Part shown: positions 10,153 to 18,056 of the stretch, piece by piece | Position numbering within the stretch: the first letter of the stretch is position 1 | Layout: each line of letters opens with the position of its first letter | Virus record (IMG/VR): IMGVR_UViG_3300037067_008519 | Span: 32,001-96,000 of that record | Direction: 5' to 3' (one strand) | From: a virus | Taxonomy: Duplodnaviria > Caudoviricetes | DNA: 64,000 nt | Translations under genes and position numbers: made by a program | The notes under the pieces: model-generated | Databases searched by the model: none | Told to the model about the DNA's origin: nothing | Seen by the model: only the letters and a program-made list of their open reading frames with translations

Positions 10153-10166
10153 TATAATGTAAAATA

Positions 10167-10193
10167 GTGAGGGAAATGATTTCCCTCACACCA
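10167..10193 (+). terminator. Hairpin + ACCA after the capsid gene (terminator or processing site)
   Basis: GTGAGGGAAA-tga-TTTCCCTCAC followed by ACCA, with no U-tract. Confidence 0.55.
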
Positions 10194-10211
10194 GATTTAA
10201 AGGAAAAGTAA

Positions 10212-11033
10212 ATGTATAAAAGAACATGTCCTAATTGTAACAAAGAATTTAATACGAGCGATTATAGGCAAAAATATTGCAACCCAAAATGTTACCATGA
10301 ATCGCAGCGAGAAATAGATAGGACAAAGGTAAAGGAATTATTTGACCAAGGAAAACTGGCTTCTGAAATAGCAGACATTTTAGGGTGTACTGCAAATGGC
10401 ATTAGAAGAGTGTTTGAAGCTATGGGAATAGAGTCTAAAGGAAGGTCATATGCATTACACAAGTCGCGGGGTAATTTTAAAGAATTTTCTAAGGAAGAAT
10501 TGGCAGCTTTGGATGGACATTTACTAGGAGATGGTTGTTTAGCAAGAAGTAACGGGTTTTCATCTAAATTTTCTTCTAGTTTAAAATATCAAGAACATTG
10601 TCAATATATGATGGATGGGGTAGGTTTTGAAGGAAGATTTAATTATGATAAGAAACAAAGTTTACATATAATTACTTCCTTAGCTTATGCAAATCTTCTA
10701 CCACAACGGGAAAGGTGGTATCCAGAGGGAAACAAAATAGTCCCAAAGGATATTAAGTTGACACCAGATTTAGTCAGAAGATGGTTTATAGATGATGGAT
10801 GCCATTCAATTAGGAAGAGAGCTAGTAATAGTTTAATGTTTTGTACATGTAATTTTACTATTGAAGATGTTAATTTTCTTTCTGAAATGTTAAAAGAATT
10901 AGGATTTAAAGCCAATACAAGAATAGAAACAGGATATCCGGTTATAAGATTTTCTACTAAATCTATCTCAGATTTCTTTGATTATATTGGACCACCTCCA
11001 ATAGAATGTTATTCATATAAATGGCCCAAATAG
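10212..11033 (+). mobile_element. Free-standing double-motif LAGLIDADG homing endonuclease with N-terminal Zn finger and HTH
   Basis: 'LDGHLLGDG' and 'WFIDDG' motifs, N-terminal CPNC...YC..KC, then an HTH-like segment. Confidence 0.8.
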
Positions 11034-11056
11034 CAGGGGAATAATCCCCTGCACCA
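11033..11056 (+). terminator. Hairpin + ACCA after the homing endonuclease
   Basis: GCAGGGGA-ataa-TCCCCTGC-ACCA immediately followed by the ATG at 11057. Confidence 0.55.
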
Positions 11057-11395
11057 ATGGGAGAGAAATTAGAAATTTACCAAAACGATTCTGAGATTTA
11101 TACCGGTACTGTGACCTCAGATGGAGAACCTGTGCTATTGTCAGGGGCATCTATCACGTTTTCTGTCAAAGAAAATATAGACAGTTCTGGTTATTTAATA
11201 CAAAAGAAAAGTGATGATATTTCTGAGATAGACATTTTTGCCCCCTCAAGCGGTAATTTTTATATTTATTTAAATCCAGAAGACACTGAGCTAGAGCCAG
11301 GATTTTATCCCTATGATATAGAGATTATCTTAGCAAGCGGATTTAAAAAGACAATTGAGATGGATTTTTTAGAAATTAAAAAGGATGTTACATAA
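11057..11395 (+). CDS. BppU-N-like Ig-fold virion protein
   Basis: 'IYQND..', 'L.GASITFSVK', 'L.PEDT.L.PG.Y.YDIEI' pattern. Confidence 0.6.
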   Translation: MGEKLEIYQNDSEIYTGTVTSDGEPVLLSGASITFSVKENIDSSGYLIQKKSDDISEIDIFAPSSGNFYIYLNPEDTELEPGFYPYDIEIILASGFKKTIEMDFLEIKKDVT

Positions 11396-12102
11396 TGACT
11401 CCATTATCAACATATTTAAATCGACTTCGTTCAATGACATTTGATATGGGAGATTTAGAAGAAGAAGAGTTTTTTGGTGATGGTAGCAGACGTGATTTTT
11501 TTCTGTTGTTTAATAATGTAGATGTTGGGTCTGAGACGGTTTACTTAGATGATGATACTACTACAGACTATACTCTAGATGGAACAACAGGGAGACTAAG
11601 ATTAGGAACTGCTCCCGCTGATGGTGTTGTAATACGTATAATTTACGTGTCTTATATTGTTGATGAAACAACACTTATTGAATATTTTGAAACCGCGATA
11701 GAATTAAGTAACCCGATGATTGGAACATCTTTTTTGATTACAGGTACAGCTCCGGCAAGTTATGTTTCTGCCGAGCCGACAGCACTTCAAAAACATCTTT
11801 GGTTTTTGATTTTTCTCAGAGAACTAAAAAGAGATGGGATTTGGCAAAAAATAGAGGAAGCAGTTTCTTGGAGAACTCAAGATATTTCTGTTAGTAAAAC
11901 TTCTCAAATACAAAGTGCTCAAGTGGCAAAAGTTAATTTAGATAAAGAAATAAAAGACTTCGTTTTTAGAATTAACAAACAGAACATTACTGGAAAGATT
12001 TTATCGGGTGGGTATGAACCTCTTCCAGCGGGGTCGGTTGGCGGGGAAGTTTTGGACTTTATGCCCAATTTATACATTATTGATGAGAGAAATCATGAGT
12101 AG
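11395..12102 (+). CDS. Head-tail adaptor with inserted beta domain
   Basis: Position after the capsid gene. 'FFGDG....F.L' and 'APADGVVIRI.Y' insert within a helical connector-like protein. Confidence 0.55.
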   Translation: MTPLSTYLNRLRSMTFDMGDLEEEEFFGDGSRRDFFLLFNNVDVGSETVYLDDDTTTDYTLDGTTGRLRLGTAPADGVVIRIIYVSYIVDETTLIEYFETAIELSNPMIGTSFLITGTAPASYVSAEPTALQKHLWFLIFLRELKRDGIWQKIEEAVSWRTQDISVSKTSQIQSAQVAKVNLDKEIKDFVFRINKQNITGKILSGGYEPLPAGSVGGEVLDFMPNLYIIDERNHE

Positions 12103-12532
12103 ACTTCTATTAACTAAAGATGTGATAGAATTACAAAAACTATTAGGAAAGAAAACATCTGTGCAAGTTTTTTTAAATCTTTCTTCTGATTGTCCCGATT
12201 GCACATCGGATAAGATTTCAGGTCAAAGCACAAACGCTAAATGTCCCACTTGTAAAGGACAAGGAAAACTCTTTACAGAGAAGAGAGTAAAGCTTCCATC
12301 TTTTATTCAGTATAATAAGGAAAATGAAACTCTACTTAGTGGAGGGATAAACGAAGAAACTAGCGTTCAACTTTATATAGATTATAGAACGGTAATGAAT
12401 TTTAACAGATTTTTGAATGGTAGAGCCAGAGTTTACATTGATAATGTTTTATATGAAATAGTTGATAAGGTGAAGACGGGGATATATTCTATGGATATGA
12501 TTATATTTGATTGTCAGAAAGTAGAGAAATAG
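12095..12532 (+). CDS. Head closure/stopper protein (CxxC-CxxC); C-terminal 16 aa supplied by the TnpB element
   Basis: Likely start MSRLLL at 12095. CPDC...CPTCKGQG motif, position in the neck module. Confidence 0.6.
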   Translation: MSRLLLTKDVIELQKLLGKKTSVQVFLNLSSDCPDCTSDKISGQSTNAKCPTCKGQGKLFTEKRVKLPSFIQYNKENETLLSGGINEETSVQLYIDYRTVMNFNRFLNGRARVYIDNVLYEIVDKVKTGIYSMDMIIFDCQKVEK

Positions 12533-13639
12533 AGAAAATTATTTAAAAATATAATAAATAGGCAATTAAAACTCAAACTTAATAAAACCCAAGAACAAAC
12601 TTTAGAACAGTGGTTATGGCACCTTACCGCAGTTTATAACTGGGCCATTAGAAAAATAGAGTTGGATGCTAATGATAAAATTTACTATAGTGCATATGAT
12701 TTTAATAATATTCTTGCTAATCATAGTAAAAAAATTGGAATACCATCCCACGTTATACACGGAATATTAATGCAGGGATATACAGCTTGGAAAAGATATT
12801 TTAAGAAGGTTTCAGGAAAACCTAGATTAAAAGGCAACAGGAATAAATTAAACTCTGTCCCTTTTCCAGACCCATTTAAATCTCCAGAAGATAATAAGAT
12901 AGGTATATTGGGTCTTGGAAAAGTTAGATTCCACAAACAAGATATACCAGAGGGTAAAATTAAATGTGGCAGGATTATTAAAAAGGCTTCAGGATGGTAT
13001 TTACAATTAACTATTGATGTTAAGAATAAGTTTTCTGTAAAAGAAACAACTGAGACAATTGGTATAGACCCCGGATTCAAGACCCTTTTAACTTTATCCA
13101 ACGGCATCAAAATTGATAATCCTAGAGAGTTGCGAAAAGGTGAGAAAAGGATTGCTCAGGCACAACGAGGCAGGAACAAAAAATTAACAGCTAGATTACA
13201 GGAAAAACAAGCTAACAGGAGAAAAGACAGAAATCATAAAATAAGTAGAAGCCTAATAGAAGATTACCAAACCATATTTTATTCAAATGATAATTTTAAG
13301 AACCTAGCTAAGATTAACGGAAAATCAGTTTCCGAAGCTAGTTTAGGACAATTAATCAGGATGATAACCTACAAAGGCAGTATGTGCGGTAGGGACGTTA
13401 TCCCGGTTGATTCAAGATTTACCACCATGACCTGTTCTGTTTGTGGTAGCCTCACGGGGCCACACGGACGGGATGGGCTTGCAGTAAGGCATTGGGAATG
13501 TTCAGCTTGTGGGGCTGACCACGACAGAGATATAAACTCTGCCAAGGTAGTTCTTAATGCTGGGGTGGGGGCCACCCTCAAGGATTCAGAGATGAATCAA
13601 TTAACCGGAATTTCTATTACAAATGATAGAAAGGTTCAA
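12482..13639 (+). mobile_element. Transposase-less TnpB element carrying a recoded copy of the target gene 3' end
   Basis: 12482-12532 and 13640-13690 are ungapped homologous 17-codon blocks. The right end has an IS200/IS605-type hairpin ending GGTTCAA. No tnpA is present. Confidence 0.85.
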
Positions 13640-13690
13640 ATTTATTCTTTAGATATGATGATTTATACTTGCCAAAAGGTTGAAATATGA
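12551..13690 (+). CDS. tnpB: TnpB RNA-guided nuclease (IS200/IS605 family)
   Basis: RuvC-I 'IGIDPG', Zn ribbon CSVC...CSAC, RuvC-III 'HDRDINSA'. The frame is open back to 12533 with a TnpB-like N-terminus (RQLKLKLNKTQ...VYNWA) but no ATG; probable ATA start at 12551. Confidence 0.9.
   Translation: MINRQLKLKLNKTQEQTLEQWLWHLTAVYNWAIRKIELDANDKIYYSAYDFNNILANHSKKIGIPSHVIHGILMQGYTAWKRYFKKVSGKPRLKGNRNKLNSVPFPDPFKSPEDNKIGILGLGKVRFHKQDIPEGKIKCGRIIKKASGWYLQLTIDVKNKFSVKETTETIGIDPGFKTLLTLSNGIKIDNPRELRKGEKRIAQAQRGRNKKLTARLQEKQANRRKDRNHKISRSLIEDYQTIFYSNDNFKNLAKINGKSVSEASLGQLIRMITYKGSMCGRDVIPVDSRFTTMTCSVCGSLTGPHGRDGLAVRHWECSACGADHDRDINSAKVVLNAGVGATLKDSEMNQLTGISITNDRKVQIYSLDMMIYTCQKVEI
13540..13659 (+). ncRNA. 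Predicted omega/reRNA scaffold and guide of TnpB (5' boundary approximate)
   Basis: Hairpins GGGTGG/CCACCC (13563-13577), GATTCA/TGAATC (13583-13598) and AACC..TTTCTAT/ATAGAAA..GGTT (13603-13636), then CAA. The guide would start at 13640. Confidence 0.65.
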
Positions 13691-14361
13691 GGGATTTAGA
13701 AGGATTTTTACGGGATGAGTATCCTAAGAGATATACCAAGATAGTTAGACAAAGAGTTGATAAAGCTGCCGTTGAAACTGGTAAAGAATTAAAAGAATTA
13801 ATTCAGGATAATTTTAGTGAAGCAGACGCTATGTTTAGGGAACATCAAGCAGGTTTAACCGGCAGGGCTGAGTTTTTTTGGAATCCTGCTGAATTAATGA
13901 AGGGTGGTTCTAGACCAGGAGGGCACAGAGTAAGTATTTCTCATCCAGATTCTAATGGTTTTGAAGTTAGATATTTTGATAGTGTTTGGTTGGATGACCC
14001 CGCAACGCAAAGATATCGTGACCCTATAGTATTACGAATTGGAAGAAGTATGATAACAATTAGAGGAAGAGGAACCCTTGGTCCTAAAGATAATCCTTAT
14101 TTCTACTGGAGATTTTTAGAATATGGAACTGTGACTCCCCCTCAACATGTAATGGTTCGAGTGAATAATAAAGGAACAGATTATTATTTTATGGCTAGTA
14201 TAAATACGCGAAGAGGACAATGGCTTTCTTCTTTAGGGGATGTAGTTCCGGTACAGCCCTTTCCCGCAAAGCATCCAGTAGGGCGGGTTATAAATGATAA
14301 GGAAAGAATACATAATATTTATTTAGGCAACATGCGTAGGTTTGGTGGATTAAGTGGATAG
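13687..14361 (+). CDS. Neck/tail-completion protein (HK97 gp10-like)
   Basis: 'YWRFLEYGT' motif and synteny. ATGA overlap with the upstream stop. Confidence 0.6.
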   Translation: MRDLEGFLRDEYPKRYTKIVRQRVDKAAVETGKELKELIQDNFSEADAMFREHQAGLTGRAEFFWNPAELMKGGSRPGGHRVSISHPDSNGFEVRYFDSVWLDDPATQRYRDPIVLRIGRSMITIRGRGTLGPKDNPYFYWRFLEYGTVTPPQHVMVRVNNKGTDYYFMASINTRRGQWLSSLGDVVPVQPFPAKHPVGRVINDKERIHNIYLGNMRRFGGLSG

Positions 14362-14914
14362 AGATACAAAAGTTATGGAGTCAGTTATTTTTCACGTAAA
14401 AAGCGGTTTACATCGAGAAGGATGTAATACCATTGATGATGATTATCAAGATAATCTCTACCGAGTAGAAATTCCTTATTATGTGAAAGTTATAAAAGGT
14501 TGGCCTTCTAATCCCGATGATATCTTTCTTCCTACTGTTGCAGTTACAGAATCAGATGATGATGAAATCCCTCTCCAAATTGGGGGGGGGAAATATAACA
14601 GGAAATTAGGATATATAGAAATTTTTACTGAAAAAGACAATGATAGGGATTTTTTGAAAACAATGATAAGAGATTATTTAAGAGACTACTCAACTTATGT
14701 GAGAAATTATGAAGAGGCAACCCCTTTGTACTTAGCTGTAGGAGTACCGGAGGATTTTATTCTTACAGAATATTGGCCTAGTGGAATGGCTACAGCAGAA
14801 TCAGAGTTATGGTTTGAGGATGTTAGGTCAACCGTAATCCCACCCATGAATACTGTCGGGGAAGTAGATAATCACCGTGCTCAAGTCTCTTTTACGGCAG
14901 TTTCATTGAGATAA
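14354..14914 (+). CDS. Tail terminator protein
   Basis: Precedes the tail tube gene. 'LPTVAV......P.QIGG', 'IEIF....DRD.L' pattern. Confidence 0.6.
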   Translation: MDRDTKVMESVIFHVKSGLHREGCNTIDDDYQDNLYRVEIPYYVKVIKGWPSNPDDIFLPTVAVTESDDDEIPLQIGGGKYNRKLGYIEIFTEKDNDRDFLKTMIRDYLRDYSTYVRNYEEATPLYLAVGVPEDFILTEYWPSGMATAESELWFEDVRSTVIPPMNTVGEVDNHRAQVSFTAVSLR

Positions 14915-14948
14915 AAAAAAGAAAATTGAAAGGAGGACTTATTAGATA

Positions 14949-16502
14949 ATGACAAAACCAACGCGAATTAAATCTACTGCTGTTGGAGTCAAAGCTAATG
15001 ACCATCAGATACATCGTCTACAGAATATTGGTATGACTGCTGGTTTGAATCCTACACAAGTTAAAGAAATCGGTAATGCTGGCATTACCGAAGTTGTTGA
15101 TGGAATTCCTACTGTAGATGTTACTATGGATAAGAATCAGAATGGTAGTATTAGGGCTATCTGCCTTTTTGCTGATACTGTTTTTGATTATAGTTATGCT
15201 CAAGTTACACCTGCCACGGGACTTACTGTGAATATGGGAACTTCCGGTGATTCATACTACATTGATGAGATGAAGTATATTTGTTCAGGAGGTACTATAA
15301 ATCTTACTTCTTTTGTTCCTGGTTCTGATAGCAGAATAGTAGTTGTTGCTCTGGATGCTTCTCAAGCAGTTCAGCTTACGAGTGGTTCGGCTGCGGCTGT
15401 TCCTACTGCTCCGACTTCTTCGGCGGGTTGTGTGAAGGTTGCTGAGGTTTATCTGACTAATGGACAAACCATAATAGAAGATAAGCATGTTTTCAATTGT
15501 GGAGATTATGTAACTATTACTGACAAGGATTTTGAAAACGCCTCTGCTGATGTAATTGTGGGTATCAAAGAAGTTGGAGATAGCGAAACTTCTGACCCCA
15601 TTACTCGGACAGCCTATATGGAGAATGCTTTCCTTAATCGTTTGGAGATTGCTTGCAATACTGGTGGAGTGTCTACTGAGAATATGGCGGCTGAGACGGA
15701 TAACCGTAAGTGGTTGTTTGATACAAAGAGGGCAGTTATAGATGATAGATTCAAGGGAGCAGCGACACATATTCTTACCTATACTCCTACTACTTTAACT
15801 AACGGTAATAAGGCTTTGAAGGTACGTGTCTATGATTATTCTGCTGATGTTTATGTTGATAAGGTTGAGGGAACTGATTTTACTATTAGTGGTTCTACTC
15901 TAACGTGGGTTACTACAGCTCCAGATGCTGCGGATACATCTATTGTTCGTTATTGTGCTGACCAAGATATATCTGAAGTATTCAAGAAGTTCCCAAATCC
16001 TGATGTGTCTCATCCTGATTTCCCGGCTGCTTTACAGCAAGGAAATATAGAGATTTATCTTTCGGACGATTCAGCTAATCAGGTATTGAGGATTCAGTCT
16101 TGTACAATTTCCCTAGGTCTTACCCGTGAAGCTCTGAATGAGATTGGGCATGAAAGACCGTATGCTCGTCCTCTTACTCTACCTATTACGGTTACTGTAA
16201 CTCTTAATACTACGGCTTCTGACCTTGCGGAACTGGCTAGGTTGTGTGGTAAAACTCTTGCTACTGCTTCTGAATTAGACCTTGGTGATTTCATCAAGAC
16301 GTTGACGCTTTATGTTTACTTCTATAGGGAGAATGATATTAAGCGGGCTGAGGCTCCTTATAGTTTCTATCCTTATTTGAAGAAAATCACTTGTACGGAT
16401 TTGAGTGTATCTTCGGACGCTTTTGACCTTAGAGTTGATGCCAACGCTACACAAAACTACACACTTACTTGTGATAATATATCTATAGTGAGTTGCATTT
16501 AA
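14949..16502 (+). CDS. Major tail tube protein with accessory inserted domains
   Basis: 517 aa, AGGAGG RBS, highly biased codons, 'RIQSC..S..L.RE...EIG....Y' tube-like motif. Confidence 0.65.
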   Translation: MTKPTRIKSTAVGVKANDHQIHRLQNIGMTAGLNPTQVKEIGNAGITEVVDGIPTVDVTMDKNQNGSIRAICLFADTVFDYSYAQVTPATGLTVNMGTSGDSYYIDEMKYICSGGTINLTSFVPGSDSRIVVVALDASQAVQLTSGSAAAVPTAPTSSAGCVKVAEVYLTNGQTIIEDKHVFNCGDYVTITDKDFENASADVIVGIKEVGDSETSDPITRTAYMENAFLNRLEIACNTGGVSTENMAAETDNRKWLFDTKRAVIDDRFKGAATHILTYTPTTLTNGNKALKVRVYDYSADVYVDKVEGTDFTISGSTLTWVTTAPDAADTSIVRYCADQDISEVFKKFPNPDVSHPDFPAALQQGNIEIYLSDDSANQVLRIQSCTISLGLTREALNEIGHERPYARPLTLPITVTVTLNTTASDLAELARLCGKTLATASELDLGDFIKTLTLYVYFYRENDIKRAEAPYSFYPYLKKITCTDLSVSSDAFDLRVDANATQNYTLTCDNISIVSCI

Positions 16503-16510
16503 AGAAAACA

Positions 16511-16535
16511 GAGGGGATTTAATATCCCCTCACCA
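16511..16535 (+). terminator. Hairpin + ACCA after the tail tube gene
   Basis: GAGGGGAT-ttaat-ATCCCCTC-ACCA. Confidence 0.55.
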
Positions 16536-16563
16536 TAAAAGATAAAAAGGAAAGGGGAAAGGA

Positions 16564-16800
16564 ATGGAAGATAATGAAACACTCAAAGACATAATTGCAA
16601 AAGAAATTACAAATTTCTTTTATAAAGTATTAAAAGATGCTGAATTACTTACATCAAATAAATATATTTATAATCAATATCGTAAACATGTTTTAGACGA
16701 GGGCAATGATGCAATCCGTACTTTACAAGATGAAATTAGTAATTCTTATATTTGTTCTAGGATTAGGTTTGTTGAAGAAATAGAGGTTGAGGAGGAATAA
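16564..16800 (+). CDS. Hypothetical tail-module protein
   Basis: 78-aa ORF with purine-rich RBS; 'RKHVLDEGND..R'. Confidence 0.55.
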   Translation: MEDNETLKDIIAKEITNFFYKVLKDAELLTSNKYIYNQYRKHVLDEGNDAIRTLQDEISNSYICSRIRFVEEIEVEEE

Positions 16801-16803
16801 GGC

Positions 16804-17535
16804 ATGACTGAGGAAGTTATAACCGATGAGGAAAAGGCCGAGATTGCGGCAAAATTAGAGAGCATTGATGAAGATAAAATTGTTGAGGATGAATTAAATT
16901 CTGAGCAAGCAGATATTCTTCTTACTGAACTTAGGACAGGAAGGAGATATTTTACTGTAGAAGGTATTGGTGATTTGTTTATTTGTAATCCATCTGTGAA
17001 GGACCAACAGGAAGCTGACCGGGAGGGTATTAAAGCACTTTCCCAAGCTCTTAGAGATGGTATTCTTACACCAGAGGAAATGGAAGAACTACTCGATAAT
17101 CGTGGGTTGTTTGTTGATATGCAAGATAAACTGAACAAATCTATTGCCGAACTAACGAGATTAAATTTTGAATTAGATAATTATAGTAGCAAAACAGATG
17201 CTAAATCAAAGAAAAAGGAAAAAGATATTGCGGTTGAGATGGCAAACATAAGAGAAGAAGCTACTAGACTTAGGATGGAAAAAGATTCTTATCTTAGGAG
17301 TACAACCGCAGGGATTTCAAATGATGCTAGAAGTGGTTATATAGTTTCTAGATGTATTAAGAAAGTTGATACAGAGGAACGTCTGTGGCCTACCTATGAA
17401 GACTATTTAAATGAAACTGATGTGAATCTTCTTAGTTCAGTTACAATAAACTATTTGACTTTCTCTAATGGTATTAGCGCAGATTTTATTAGACAATTCC
17501 CAGAATCAAAAGTTCTGAATGAAATTATAACGTAG
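16804..17535 (+). CDS. Tail assembly chaperone
   Basis: Acidic helical protein between tube and tape measure. Confidence 0.55.
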   Translation: MTEEVITDEEKAEIAAKLESIDEDKIVEDELNSEQADILLTELRTGRRYFTVEGIGDLFICNPSVKDQQEADREGIKALSQALRDGILTPEEMEELLDNRGLFVDMQDKLNKSIAELTRLNFELDNYSSKTDAKSKKKEKDIAVEMANIREEATRLRMEKDSYLRSTTAGISNDARSGYIVSRCIKKVDTEERLWPTYEDYLNETDVNLLSSVTINYLTFSNGISADFIRQFPESKVLNEIIT

Positions 17536-17544
17536 TGAATTGTA

Positions 17545-17913
17545 ATGACTTGGGCCAGGGGAGAAAGAATAAAGCTAGACGACCTTACAAGATTAATGGC
17601 TAAAAACTCAATGGCTAGGTTATTATGGGTGGTTTCAAGGGAAACAGGAGCAAGCCTATTTGGTTCAGACTTAAACAATTGGTCTATGGCCCAGATTGCA
17701 TTTACTAATTGGTGTTTGTTTTATGATAGCGTATATGAATCTTATGAATGCCCTCCAGAAAGAGTTATCAAGGATGATGAACTCATAGACGATTGGATGG
17801 AGAATCAGAAGATTAAAAGGAATGAAGAGAGCGAAAGCAAATATTCTAAACGTGGGGGCGGCACCTTATCAGCATTGGACCACGCAGAACATTATGCTAT
17901 CGAGGAAATTTAG
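17545..17913 (+). CDS. Tail assembly chaperone (pre-tape-measure)
   Basis: 'YDSVYE..ECPPE.VI.DD..ID.W' motif directly before the TMP gene. Confidence 0.55.
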   Translation: MTWARGERIKLDDLTRLMAKNSMARLLWVVSRETGASLFGSDLNNWSMAQIAFTNWCLFYDSVYESYECPPERVIKDDELIDDWMENQKIKRNEESESKYSKRGGGTLSALDHAEHYAIEEI

Positions 17914-18056
17914 GGAACGTTTCAATGACAACTTTGGTTGTTCTAGGCAAGGAAAAAATTAAAATCGGGCGAAGCTAAGGGAATTAAATATTTTATAATT
18001 CAGCATTTTGGGTATTCCTTAGTGAAGCCTAGAATGCTTTTTTGATGGGTGATTAG

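Noticed and set aside
12482-13639. IStron (group I intron-IS chimera) or intein explanation for the TnpB insert
   Set aside because: There is no room for an intron core (51-nt recoded block plus 18 nt before tnpB) and no intein Cys/His-Asn termini. The recoded gene end makes splicing unnecessary.
17500-17560. Programmed frameshift between tail chaperones
   Set aside because: The ORFs are in the same frame, separated by TAG TGA and a fresh ATG, with no clear slippery heptamer.
17941-18034. c-di-GMP riboswitch or hammerhead ribozyme
   Set aside because: Only partial resemblance; the conserved cores (GNRA tetraloop/receptor, CUGAUGA...GAAA) are missing.
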